Assembly (NCBI GenBank): GCA_951406725.2
Contig: OX597821.1
Span: 44,144,001-44,208,000, forward strand
From: Octopus vulgaris
Lineage: Eukaryota
DNA: 64,000 nt
Reading direction: 5' to 3'
Of this stretch, positions 12,870 through 26,244 are shown one piece after another (the first letter of the stretch is position 1; every line of letters begins with the position of its first letter). The position numbers and the translations under genes were made by a program. The notes below the pieces were generated by a model that saw only the letters and a program-made list of their open reading frames with translations, was not told the DNA's origin and did no database searches.

Positions 12870-13175
12870 TCTCAGAGATCTCAGTCTTACTCTGATTGAT
12901 TCTGTGAGAGCAGGCAGCAAACCTGTAGTCAGAGGTCTCTTTCTACAAACTAAGCTTGGATGTTAACTTATTATGGAAAACACTCAACACCCAAGCACCA
13001 ATCTCAAAATTCTAGCTCTCCCCAATAGAGCAGTTTTTTGGACATGCTCTACCCTAGAGTCAATTCCAATTTCCCCAACATATTTCTTGAACTAGGTTGT
13101 TAGTGCCCCAAGTGCCCCAACAACCACTGGAATAATTAAGATACTCTCCTCATTGCCCATATTCTTGCAATTTTA
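12870..13175 (-). mobile_element. second R4/Dong LINE 3' end
   Basis: Minus strand IIPVVVGALG...EHVQKTALLGRARILRLVLGC*. Confidence 0.8.
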
Positions 13176-13814
13176 TTTTTTAGTAGTCTATTATTATTAT
13201 TATTTAAAACCATTTAATTTGGTTCCATGCAACTTAAAGTTTCATAGGCTCCTTATAGAAACCTTGCACATCAAGCTTAGGTGACTAAATGGAAAGGTGG
13301 AAGAAGTGGAAGATGACTACGGGGAAACAGGGCTGCTATTAGTCAAGGTAGGTCAAATGATGTTATTAGAAGTGAAATAAAAATTCCAGCAACCTCAAAT
13401 CCATTAAAATGAATTTCTTTGACCACTTGGGTGGACAGGAAGCTGGTGGCACCTTACTGTCTGACTGGCCATTCATTAAGAAGGTCATCAAGCCAGAACA
13501 GGCAATAGGAGTTGACATAGCCTCTGGCTTGCAAGCTATTGTTAAACAGTCCATGGCATCATGGAAAATAGATATTTGATGATGATGATGATTTTCAATG
13601 CTCCATGGGTTGGTTAGAATTTATAGAAGAAAATTTTCTATAACTGGAAGCCCTTCCTGTTGCCAACACTCACTTGTTTCCAAGTAAAGTAATATTTCTC
13701 CATGAGAAGATATGTTTTCACAGAAGAATAGAAATGAGGGGTACATGTTTACAACTATCATACAATATCAAGACAAGGAGAAAATAGCACCCATTCACAC
13801 ACACACACACAAAC

Positions 13815-13848
<34 letters not shown>

Positions 13849-13849
13849 A

Positions 13850-14310
13850 TTTATTCTTTTACTTGTTTCAGTCATTTGACTGCACCCATGCTGGAGCACC
13901 ACCTTAAAGGGTTTTGTTTAGCTGAAGAAATCGATCCCTGGACCTATTTTTTGTAAGCCTAGTACTTATTCTATCAGTCTCTTTTGCTGAACCGCTAAGT
14001 TACGGGAGATGTAAACATACTAACATTGGTTGTCAAGCAATGGGCGGGGGGTACAAACACAAAACTAAAGACTCACACGCATATATATATACACACACAC
14101 ATACACACACACACAATTGGGTTCTTTCAATTTTTGTCTTCAGAAGGCTTTGGTTGGCCTGAGGCTATAGCAAAAGACATTTGCTCAAGGTGCCACACAG
14201 AGCCTTCATTTAAGTCTTCATTGGCCAAGGAGTAAAGTGAAAAACTCTTACCCAAAGCACCACACAGTGGGACTGAACCCTTACTCATGTGATTGAGAAG
14301 CAAACTTCTT
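13850..14310 (-). mobile_element. CORE-type SINE, near full length
   Basis: Collinear with 16243-16671. Confidence 0.85.
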
Positions 14311-14652
14311 ATTTATATCCAATAATTATTTCAATACCTGCCTACCACAGTGGTTCTTAAACTGACAATCACCAGACTTCCCCACAGATGAATGATTCAA
14401 AATGTTTGCCCTCCACTGCCTCTTTATTAATGAGAACACAAGCAAGAGATTATGTTTACATAATTCTTCTTTCTTCACTATTTTATTAGACACATTTAAA
14501 AAGTTGTAAATGATCTTAATTTTATTAAACATGCAAATTTTCAGTACTCCACAGCCCACCTCTATGAAAAACACAAGTTTAACATAGCTCCATAAATTAA
14601 ACATGATATATATACTCATACATATATAAGTATGTATATGAATATATATATA

Positions 14653-14694
<42 letters not shown>

Positions 14695-15203
14695 CATATA
14701 TACATACATATATGTGTCTGTATATATATGTATATATATATGCTTCCTTTTAAAAACAACTCAAATTTTTTTCTTATTTTTGCAATGCAATATTACTGTT
14801 TAATAATTATAAATTAATCATGTTATTTAATGTCTGGCTAATGTTTATTATGGCATTTCATCAATTTCAATTGATTGAGTAAAAATTTTTTTAAAAATAA
14901 CATTTCATGAAGATGACGATGGCGGTGTTCTATTTTTATTTGCCACAGGAGCATCATTTGAGAAGTACATTAAAAGGAGACTTGACAAATTTTGTGAGAA
15001 TTTTTCATGAAATTGGTGAAAGAAAAACAGATATGTAGGGAGAGAAATGAGAAGAAAAGGAACGCAATATGTGAATAAATGGATAAAATTCTCCTCCTGT
15101 TTCAGAAGAGCTTTTAATTAGAGCCTGTCAAGGAACTCTACAGACCCAGGGTCATCCTGCCCATCAAGGATACAAGCTCTCACCCAATTGCTGTATAGGT
15201 GCA

Positions 15204-15448
15204 TTCTTCTTCTTCTTCTTCTTCTTCTTCTTCTTCTTCTTCTTCTTCTTCTTCTTCTTCTTCTTCTTCTTCTTCTTCTTCTTCTTCTTCTTCTTCTTCT
15301 TCTTCTTCTTCTTCTTTTTCTTCTTCTTCTTCTTCTTCTTCTTCTTCTTCTTCTTCTTCTTCTTCTTCTTCTTCTTCTTCTTCTTCTTCTTCTTCTTCTT
15401 CTTCTTCTTCTTCTTCTTCTTCTTCTTCTTCTTCTTCTTCTTCTTCTT
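15204..15448. repeat. (TTC)n tract, about 80 units
   Basis: Direct reading; one TTT interruption. Confidence 0.97.
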
Positions 15449-15487
15449 GTCATCATCATCATCGTTGTTGTCATTATATATTACTCC

Positions 15488-15660
15488 AGGCAAAATATTT
15501 ACCAGCATTTCCTCCGTCTTTACATTCTGAGTTCAAATTCCACTGAGGTTGATTTTACCCTTCAACTTTTCAGGGTCAATAAAATAAGTATCAATTAAGT
15601 ACTGAGGTCAATATAATTAACTCACTCCTCCCCACAAATTGTGCCTATGATAGAAAGGAT
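15488..15660 (+). mobile_element. Meta-domain SINE
   Basis: ttctgagttcaaattcc and ggtcaataaaataagta motifs. Confidence 0.8.
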
Positions 15661-16242
15661 TGTCATCATCATCATTATCATCATTGTTATTATTATTATT
15701 ATTATTTATTATTTATTATCTCCTTCACAACACTATCCTCTATTCCAACCAGTCCACTTCCACCTTCCTTCCAATGAAAGAAAATCCTTGCTACGTTATT
15801 TCTAGTATGAAGACACTCATGCATAGTCATTACTTTCCTAGTTTTTCCATCCAGATTGACAAGTTCTTCCTTTGTCCATTCCATAACTTCTGCAGAGTAA
15901 TGTATCACACTTACAGCTCATGCATTGCTGCCTCTTATCAGGTTCCCCACCACTTAGCTTAAACCTACATCGCTTTTTAATTCTTCTGGTATAATCAGAA
16001 GAAATTTTCTCAAAGACATCCAAATGTCATTTGGATGTCTTGAGAAAATTCATGCAGCCTGAGTAAGGGAACCCAGTTGACCTCCACTAGTTCTGTAAAG
16101 CTTCAAATCATCCATAAACGTCAGGTGATGGATTGGTTTCCTCTTTCTCAGAACCATGGAGAGCAGTAACATACAAGCAATAAACAGTAAGGATGACACT
16201 GAGCCTCCTTGAAAGATGCCCCTCTAATAGTCAATCCAAGCT

Positions 16243-16671
16243 CTCTCTCTTTACTCTTTTACTCTTTTACTTGTTTCAGTCATTTGACTGCGGCCATGCT
16301 GGAGCACCGCCTTTAGTCGAGCAAATCGACCCCGGGACTTTATTCTTTGTAAGCCCAGTACTTATTCTATCGGTCTCTTTTGCCGAACCGCTAAGTAACG
16401 GGGACATAAACACACCAGCATCGGTTGTCAAGCAATGCTAGGGGGACAAACACAGACACACAAACACACACACACATACATATATACATATATATATATA
16501 CATATATACGACAGGCTTCTTTCAGTTTCCGTCTACCAAATCCACTCACAAGGCATTGGTCGGCCCGGGGCTATAGCAGAAGACACTTGCCCAAGATGCT
16601 ACGCAGTGGGACTGAACCTGGAACCATGTGGTTGGTTAGCAAGCTACTTACCACACAGCCACTCCTGTGCC
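16243..16671 (-). mobile_element. young full-length tRNA-derived CORE-type SINE (octopus OR-like)
   Basis: Head GGCACAGGAGTGGCTGTGTGGTAAG with B box GGTTCAGTCCC, internal (TA/TG)n, CpG-rich. Confidence 0.9.
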
Positions 16672-16686
16672 TATTGATAAGTTTGT

Positions 16687-16911
16687 GAGCTGGCAGAAAC
16701 GTTAGCACACCGGGCGAAATGCGTAGCCGTATTTCGTCCGCCGTTACGTTCTGAGTTCAAATTCCGCCGAGGTCGACTTTGCCTTTCATCCTTTCGGGGT
16801 CGATAAATAAAGTACCAGTTACGCACTGGGGTCGATGTAATCGACTTAATCCCTTTGTCTGTCCTTGTTTGTCCCCTCTGTGTTTAGCCCCTTGTGGGTA
16901 GTAAAGAAATA
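16687..16911 (+). mobile_element. young Meta-domain SINE with 11-bp TSD
   Basis: gataagtttgt at 16676-16686 and 16912-16922; central gcctttcatcctttcggggtcgataaa..aagtacc domain. Confidence 0.92.
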
Positions 16912-17954
16912 GATAAGTTTGTCAAACTTTCTTCAACAGTTCCTAAAAACTATCTAATCAATCAGCTACTGATTCTTTGTTCCTTGGGTTCCCCTCCTGC
17001 AGCCTTTCTGTTCATCTACCAGCATTTCATTTCTTTTAAGATGGTCGTACAATTTCTTTCCCATTATTCCAGGTAAACAAGCAATCAGACAATTGTTACT
17101 GGCCACAGCACCCTTGGATGGGCCATTTTGTTTCAACACAGTTCTTCCTTTGACCATTCATTCTGATACAATTCCTTGGTGTACACAGCCTTGCTGGAAC
17201 TTTTGTAGTTTACAATGCAAATTTGTCAAAACCTTGAACCCAAAACCCTGAACTATGTCTGAGTCAGCTACCTTCCAACTTCTCATCTTACCAACTCCAG
17301 CTAGAATATTTTCCATGATGACAATGTCCTCCTGTATCTCCATGCCTTTGAATTCTTCTTCTGCTTCATGGAGCCAGGGTGCCCTGTTGTTGTGTTTGAC
17401 ATTCTTTGAGCTGACCTTGCTCCAAAATGAAGTTGCTTCTTTGGAATTAAGTAACTCTGCTTCTTCCTTATCTCCTCTGTCCAGAGACTTGTAGAACAGC
17501 TTCTGATTTGTTCTAAACTGTTGATTTTGTTTAAACAGTAGACATCTTTCTTCATATCTTTTGATCTTAACTGCACCCACTTTAATATTTTGTTTTAATA
17601 CATCTAATATAACTAGAGTACCTTTATCCACCAGGTGATATTTCTTATTCATGTAATGCAGTTCTCTTTCATTGAGCCTCATATTACCACTCCATTCTTC
17701 CTTGATCTTAAATCAGTCCACCATTTATTGATGCTTTCTTTATTCTCCTTTCCCAGAATGGTTCCTTGTATTTCTCTGTGCTTTCTTTTCTCTAAACATT
17801 CCCATCGTCTCTGTGATGACATAAGCATTGGCATACATCCAGGAATTTAATTCAGTGATATCTTTAATTGGAATTTGCATGACAATTTCGTTCACTTTCC
17901 TGAATTCTGTTGCTCTATCACATTATCATAATCATCATCACTATTTACTACTCT

Positions 17955-18137
17955 AGGCAAAATGCTTTGTGGCGTTTCATCCATCTTTATGTTCTGAGTT
18001 CAAGTGTCACCAGGGTTGACTTTGTCTTTCATCCTTTCAGGGTTGATAAGATAAGTACCAGTCAAGAACTGGGGATTGATGTAATTGAGTACTCCTCCCT
18101 TCAAAAACTGTTGGCCCTGTGCCAAAATTTGAAACCA
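17955..18137 (+). mobile_element. Meta-domain SINE
   Basis: Similarity to 16687-16911. Confidence 0.85.
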
Positions 18138-18565
18138 TAATTTTGTATTTTATTTGACATCACTTCTTTAAACAATCTCTGCTGGGTGTCAACCAATATA
18201 CCTACGGCAGATGCTGTCATGCAATGGTGGCATTTCACAGTATAATGTAGCCATGAAAACATAAAATTAAAGTGGACTCAGTGTACAAAAACATAAATTA
18301 GTAGCATGTAGCAATTGAAGATGCAAACAACCCAAACTGCAACTGACATGCTTGGGCTCATAAAGAGAGGTGTAAATATATTTTTGAAAACATTCTTAGT
18401 TAAACCCAACAATTATGAAATTGAAAAAAAATTGTTCCCAATAGCACAGTCCACATTTTATATATATTTTCATCCTTGTAAAACCAAATAATTAATACCG
18501 AATTCACTTCTTTTATATCAACATTTTTTTTAATGCTCTAATATTAAAAAAGCTTTCTTTGTTTA

Positions 18566-18730
18566 GGTGCAGGCATGGCTGTGTGGTAAGAAGCTTGCTT
18601 CCCAACCACATAGTAATGGGTTCAATCCCCACTGCATGGCACCTTGGACAAGTGTTTTCTACTATAGCCTTGGGCCAACCAAAGCCTTGTGAGTGGATTT
18701 GGTAGATGGAAACTGAAAGAAGCTTGTTGT
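18566..18730 (+). mobile_element. CORE-type SINE, 5' half
   Basis: ggtgcaggcatggctgtgtggtaagaagcttgcttcccaacc head. Confidence 0.9.
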
Positions 18731-18769
18731 GTGTGTGTATATATATATATCTTTACAGTTATTTTTTTT

Positions 18770-19112
18770 TATTCTTTTACTTGTTTCAGTCATTTGACTG
18801 TGGCCATGCTGGAGCACCATCTGTAGTTGAATGAATCAACCCCAGGACTTATTCTTTGTAAGCCTAGTACTTATTCTATCAATCTCTTATGCTGAACTGC
18901 TAAGTTATGGGGATGTAAACACACCAACATAAATTGTCAAGTGATGGTGGGGTACAAACATAGACACAAACACACAAATATATATATATATATATATATA
19001 CAATGGGCTTCTTTCAGTTTCCGTCTACCAAATCTACTTACAAGGTTTTGGTCGGCCCAAGGCTATAGTAGAAGACACTTGCCCAAGGTGCCATGCAGTG
19101 GGACTGAACCTG
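18770..19112 (-). mobile_element. CORE-type SINE, head-truncated
   Basis: Collinear with 16255-16622. Confidence 0.9.
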
Positions 19113-19865
19113 GGAAACAAGCATCTTTTATTCATAGGACTGGCCATAAAAGCCTTACAAAGAAAGGAAGCTGCGGGCTGGACAAAGACATAATGAAATG
19201 AAATGATAAACGATATGATACATTGTTCTTTATAATATCATATTTGAGGCACAAACCTCTTACACAGTTCAAAGCAAGACATTAATGAGGCAATAAACCT
19301 TTTACATTTACAACACAAAATCCACTCTTACATGAGTCAATACAAATTCAGCAAAACAACAAAATTGAGGCACCAAGCCTCTTACTTCAATCATTTACAA
19401 CCCTTCCTGCCCCACTAGACTTCTCACCTCAGTCAAACACCTGGATGGTGTCAAGTCGGGCTGCTTTAATACAAAATTTAAAGTGTCCTCTGGGAAGGAG
19501 TTCATTATCCTGCACAGATCAGTCTCCCATATGACCCCTGCAACTACCTGCGAAGGCCAGTCAGGGTCCTCTATGCAGGACAGAATCCCCTCCCTTTGGT
19601 CCATCCTCACCATCATCACTTGACAACTGGTTTTGGAGTGTTTATGTCCCAGTAACTTAACAGTTTGGCAAAATAGACTAATAGAATAAGTCAGTTTGTT
19701 TGACTAAAAACCCTTCTAGGCAGTGTTCCAGCATGGCCACAGTCAAATGACTGAAACAAGTAAAAGAATATATAATAAAGTATAAAGAACAGTTAAATAT
19801 ATAAAAAAAAAAAGAGAATGCAGTATTAATTATAATTATTCAGTATTACAAAGATAATATTAATA

Positions 19866-20380
<515 letters not shown>

Positions 20381-21749
20381 CGTGCATCCATAAGAGCACT
20401 CATGTGATATCATATAAAAGCACTCATACTGTGCAATGTAAAAGTACTCATGTGGTGCCATGTTAAAGCATCCAGCACACTGTAAAGTGGTTGGCATTAG
20501 GAAGGGCATCCAGCCATAGAAACCATGCCAAATTAGACTGGAGTCAGGCGTATGAAGAACAGAAGGCTTAACTGCTACACTTATGATGGCACCAGACTCT
20601 TGAAAGCTTTCTTCCATGAGAAGTTAAACAAAAAGCAAAACAACAATAGCAGAATCCAAAGGCTGCCTTTCTAACAGTACAACTTTTCAAAGACTTAAAA
20701 TTAAGAGATGAAATTTCTTTGTCTTCAATTCTAGGAGCTGGCTTGGAAGTCAAATGGCCCATTTCCCTAGCGATGACCAGCATTGACAATGAGGGAAGGA
20801 TGAAGGAGGTTTTGTGTTCATGGCAACATTAAGAGCAGCAAACCTCTGTTCCCACAACTATCAGCAGCAGATTCACTTCATTCTCTTGTAACAAAGATGG
20901 TTACATAAAAAATTTCAAAAAAAGGAAACAATAGATATCCCCAAAAACTAGAAAGTAAACCCTCACAAAAAATAACAAGAAAGAGTCTCAGAACAATAAA
21001 AACAAGGAGGAAGAGTAATTGAAGTCCATTAGAAACCAAACCAGGATCTGATAGGATCACATGTTTGTCATGTAAGTAGGTATTATAAGGAGGTGTAGGG
21101 TTTGGAATATAGGTAGACACACAAAGGACAGGATGTTGGTGAATATAAAAGAAAATTGTAACCATGAACCCCCCAAAAACTTATCCTGAGCATGTTGGTT
21201 GTTTCCTACCACAACAAGTTCAGAAAAAATAACAAATAGACACCTTCAGATGCACGAGTCTACTATATGAGTAATGGTAGGAGGGTAGAGACATGGGGTT
21301 TCTGTAACCCAGCCTAATCAGCGGCTTCTCATCTATATGAAGCCAAGAACCCTAAATGCTTTCCATGTATTCTGCTTAAATTATGTTTGCATTGTATTAT
21401 TGTATATTTTATTTTATTCTTTATTTATTCCATAAAATTATTTGTATGTTCTCCCTTAATTTTCCTAAATTTGTTTCCTTTATATATTACATAATGTTTT
21501 TCACTTACCCCATCATCCTAATGTAACTTATTTTGTCCTAAACTACAAGCATTTGAAAGTCTTACATTTAATTTATTGTATCTTTCAATATGTTATTGTA
21601 TCTTTCAAACCCTTGTGGCTAATAAAGAAAAAAACTTTATAACTATCATTTGATTAAGGAGAAAATACAACTAAGTTAGGATATTTTTACTATTTATTTT
21701 TTTTTAACTGATGCATACCTTGTACACTTCTTTTCTTTTGTTAATACTG

Positions 21750-21957
21750 ACTTCAAATTTTGGCACAAGGTCACCAGTTTTGTGGGAAAGTCAATTGCAT
21801 TGACTCTACTGCTCAACTGGTACTTATTTTATCAATTCCGAAAAGATGAAAGGCAAAGTCAACCTCGGTAGCATTTGAACTCAGTACATAAAGACTGATG
21901 AAATGCTACTAAGCATTTTAACTAGTGTGCTAACGATTCTGTCAGCTTGTCACCCTA
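21750..21957 (-). mobile_element. Meta-domain SINE
   Basis: Reverse complement of the 22168-22381 copy. Confidence 0.85.
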
Positions 21958-22115
21958 ATTCTTTTGTTAGTACTGAATCCTATGTAGATCCGTATGCATA
22001 AAGTGTAGAGATTTACATATAAAGTAAATGTAAGAAAAAGTATTTTCTCCCTGATCCCTCACCCTAGTGGCAAATATAAGAAAATCATTATCACCATCAT
22101 TACCAATTATTATTA

Positions 22116-22163
<48 letters not shown>

Positions 22164-22167
22164 GTAA

Positions 22168-22965
22168 GGCGGTGAGCTGGCAAAGTCGTTAGCACACTGG
22201 ACAAAATGCTTTGTGGTATTTTGTCTGTTGCTATGTTCTGAGTTCAAATTCCACTAAAGTTGACTTTGCCTTTCATCCTTTCAGGGTCAATAAAATAAAT
22301 ACCAGTTGAATGAACACTGGGATTGATGTAATTGATTTGCCCTTCCCCAAAATTGCCGGCCTTGTGCCAAAATTTGAAATCATTATTATTATTATGATTG
22401 TTGGTTATGGGGAGAGTCATATTGTCTTAATGCCTTATTATGTAACACACACACTGGTTCAATTTCCATTCATTTATTATTTATATATTTTTTCCCATTA
22501 TTATTGTTGTTATTATAGTTATTATGATAAAGGTGGTTAGCTCACAGAATCGTTAGCATGCTGGACAAAATGCTTAGTGGCATTTCATTCTTTTTTATAT
22601 TCTGAGTTCAAACTCTGCCGAGGTCATTCATCCTTTTGGGGTTCATGAATTAAATACCAGTTGAGTACTCGGGTCAATGTGATCAACTGACCCCATCCCT
22701 TGAAATTTCAGGCCTTTTGTTTATAGCAGGAAGGATTATCATCATTATTAATGCAGCAAGCTGGCAGAATCAGTAGAGCATCAGATAAAATGGTTTACAG
22801 AATTTCCTCTGGATCTTTATGTTTTGAGTTCAACTACTGTTGAGGTCAACTTTGTATGACATCTTTTTGGGGTCAATAGAATAATATACTAGTCAAGTAG
22901 TGAGGCCAATGTAATTGACTTATCCCACTTCCCTCAAAATTGCTGGCCTCGTGCCAAAAGTAGAT
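22168..22965 (+). mobile_element. three tandem Meta-domain SINEs (about 22168-22381, 22531-22737, 22752-22965)
   Basis: Repeated agctggcagaatc.ttagca-like heads and ggtcaata..ata..tac cores. Confidence 0.85.
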
Positions 22966-23481
22966 GTTATTATTGTTGTTGCTGTTGTTGTTGTTGCTGA
23001 TATTATTGGTTCTAACTATAAATTAGGGAAAATGGTTTGTGTTGTAGAATAAGAAATATAGATCGATAGATAGAATTAGACACATACATTGCATGCATAC
23101 ATACATTGATAGATTCATGCATACATAGATTCATACATACATACACATGCACATACATATGTATATATATGTGTGTGTGTGTGTGTGTGAATATATATCT
23201 ACATTTAAAACACACATACACACACGCACGCACACACACAGATATATTAATTTTGCTTAGGTATAGTAATATTATACATATGTATATGTGTATATATGTG
23301 TGTCTTTGTATGAATATATATATATATATATATATGTTTGTGCATATGCACATGCGTGTGTGTGTGTGTGTGCGTGTGTGTGTTTGTGATTTAGAGAAGT
23401 GTGGGCAGGCATGAGGGGGGAGTTTATTTGTCAAAGAAAGGTTCCATTGATTGTTGGCTCCAATAACTGTCGGGGAAATAC

Positions 23482-23601
23482 CTGGCTTTCTTCTGCTTCT
23501 CTTCTAGCCAACATTAGCAGGCATCTGACACAGCCTGGCTGAATTTGATGATGGTGATGATGAAGACGATCATGATGGTGATGGTGGTGGTGGTGAGGAT
23601 G

Positions 23602-23633
<32 letters not shown>

Positions 23634-23775
23634 GTTGGTGGTGGTAGTGATGATGACAATGATGGTGATGATGATTATCGTCATCATCATCATCCTCATG
23701 AAACCAATGATGGTAATGTTGATGATAATGATGCTGATGACAACAACAAAGACAATGATGATAATGATGACACTG
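23482..23775 (-). CDS. candidate coding exon end (His/Gln-rich then QIQPGCVRCLLMLARREAEESQ)
   Basis: Open minus frame 23775-23482 with in-frame ATG at 23514 and donor CAG|GTATTT at 23482/23481 in phase 0; true 5' boundary unknown. Confidence 0.45.
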
Positions 23776-24182
23776 CTACTTCTACTACTACTACTACTAC
23801 TACTACAACAACAACAACAACAACAACAATTACTACTACTATTAGTTCTTGTAACTACCTCTGCTACTACTACTACTACTACAATTAAGAGAGCTTTGCC
23901 ATCACTGCTGGTGTTGTTAATGCTACTACTATGACTACTACTACAGCTTTCCTTGCTCCCACCACCACCACCATCACTACCATTACTGCTACAGTCACCA
24001 CCACCTCCACCGCCACCACTACTACTACAACAACTGCTGCCTCCAACTCTGCCATCATTGCCTGCTATCGCTAACACCGCTGCCACTGTTGTCACCACTG
24101 GTTCTGCCGCTGCAGCTACTACTACTACTACTACTGTTGCTGCTGCTGCTGCTGCTACTACTACCGCTGCTGCTACTGCTGC
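23545..24182. repeat. mosaic of trinucleotide repeats (GAT/GGT/GTT/CTA/CAA/CCA/GCT)
   Basis: Direct reading. Confidence 0.9.
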
Positions 24183-24680
24183 CAATTCAATTTCTGTCAG
24201 TGTTATGGATTATATTTGCCGAAGTCAGAACTACAGTTATTGGCACTGTAGGGATTTCAAACTGTTGTGGACTGTTGTTGCCAACAATAATACTGCATCT
24301 ACCTTCCAACCTGAAGCTATATCTGTTTCTTACACCCAAGGTAGGACACAGTTTTGTATTTTCACCCCTAATATTTATATATATACATACATTTTTTTTT
24401 TTTTTCAATATATAGCCAAACCAAAAATGAGATCAAACAACAAACAAACAAACTGTGTGTTTTTATTGCTTTTATAAGAGCTCCATCTATAATACAACTA
24501 ACTACAGCTGTATCTCCTCTTCTGCATCTCTGCTGCACTCTGTCTTGTGCAATTTTCTTGCAGTCACAAATTTTAGTCTCCACATTTGCTATTCCTCTTC
24601 TTTCTTTTGTTATATGTGTGTGTGTGAGTGTGTTTGTGTGTTTGGGTATATTTGTGTGCGTGTGTTTGCGTGAGTGTGTG

Positions 24681-24711
<31 letters not shown>

Positions 24712-25370
24712 CCGAAAGAAAGAGAAAAATAAAGATATATAAATATTTAACATGTCGTGTTATATATATGTGTATGTATAATTATATTATATATATATAT
24801 TTATATGTGAATAGGTATATATATATATATATATATATACCTATTCACATATAAATATATATATATAATATAATTATACATATATATATACATACACACA
24901 CACACATATATACACACACATCCATTCATTCATCTAACCATCTCTCCATCCATTCATACATACATACATGCATAGAAAGATATGCCTACATATGCATATG
25001 CACACACACACATGCACACACCCCTAACATGCATACGTATATTTATGTACATTCACATAGTGAGAGAGAGAGAGTGATAGATAGATAAATAGATTAATAA
25101 TGCTCTAATTATAATTATAATTACAAATTAACCAAAACCATCATTTTCCCTCAAAATCATCATATTTTCATTGATTAAAAACATTTCATTAAATTCACTC
25201 AATATTTAAAATTTTGAACAGAAATACAATTTCAGTCTAGTAACAATTATAATTTAAACATTCAGAAAAATATTAAAAATCATTACAATATTTCAAGAAA
25301 GTTTTTCCCTCATAGTACAAGAGAATTTCTTGAGATAGTTGCTTTCTTTGTTTATTTTATTTTTTCTTAC

Positions 25371-25594
25371 TTTCACTTTGTCATGTAGCAGGTGTGTGTA
25401 TGCAGCGGTGGTGGTGGTGGTGGAGTTGGTGGAGAATGATAGTGTTATGGTGGTTGTTGTGCTACAGAATATTTGCATGTTAAATAATTAGTTCCATGGT
25501 ATTTCTTGAAAATCTGTTGTTAAATTTTAACAGCGGTCTTCCTTTCCTACACACAGTTTGATATTGCACACCCACTGATCACCATTGCCAATGT
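25371..25594 (-). other. candidate 224-nt 5' UTR exon
   Basis: Acceptor gctgttcttttatgtag|, donor AA|GTAAGA; stops in all three frames upstream of the ATG at 25478. Confidence 0.35.
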
Positions 25595-26188
25595 CTACAT
25601 AAAAGAACAGCTTTTTTTTATTAAAAAAAAAAGCAAAAATAAAACAACACAAAATGTCACATAAAACAATGTAGGATTAAATTCAGTATTAAATTTTTAC
25701 AAATATTTGTCCCCTTTAAGGATCATTTACAAAGCTTAACATCTGATTTTTTACAAAATCTGCTTTCATTTTGATGCTGTGCCCTAATAGGAAGTGGTGG
25801 TGGGGGAAGAAAAAGGTCTCCCTTTCCAATACAGAAATCATCCCAGAATTCCTAGGGTAGGTCCGTATCGTCTTTCCCTACTCCCTCTTTTTGTCTCTTC
25901 TCTCTCTCTCTTTCCTTCGCTCTTTCTCTCCCTCCCTCTCTCTCTTTCTTTCTCTCTTCCCTGCTTCACCCGGTGTTTGTACAAACCTTATCATATATCA
26001 TAATTGAGGAATTTCAGCAATTCCAAGTAAGCTTAGCTGAGAATTCAGAAAATAAATATTATTTGAATAATATTTAGGAAACTAGCTGATATATGTTTAA
26101 AGAATCAAGCTTGTATGTTTCAGCAAAACCGCAAATATCCTTGTCTTTCTCTCTTTTTCATCATCTTCGTCATCATCATGTTAGTATC

Positions 26189-26244
<56 letters not shown>

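Larger units (their letters stand above)
15696..17890 (-). mobile_element. decayed R4/Dong-clade LINE (reverse transcriptase) carrying two SINE insertions
   Basis: KGRTVL, EQKGCRRGTQGTK, AWIDY, RGIFQG, HLTFMDDLKL and WTKEEL..LDGKTRK...KEGGSGL motifs in order. Confidence 0.9.

Noticed and set aside
15118-15598. Poly-R/K/L/S ORFs
   Set aside because: All are frames of the (TTC)n tract
19395-19610. Possible Tx1 fragment
   Set aside because: Only faint similarity to the MDNFQ region at 58380; not enough to annotate
23953-24477. 174-aa plus-strand ORF with donor-like AAG|GTAGGA at 24340
   Set aside because: Mostly trinucleotide repeat, non-ATG start, no recognisable domain
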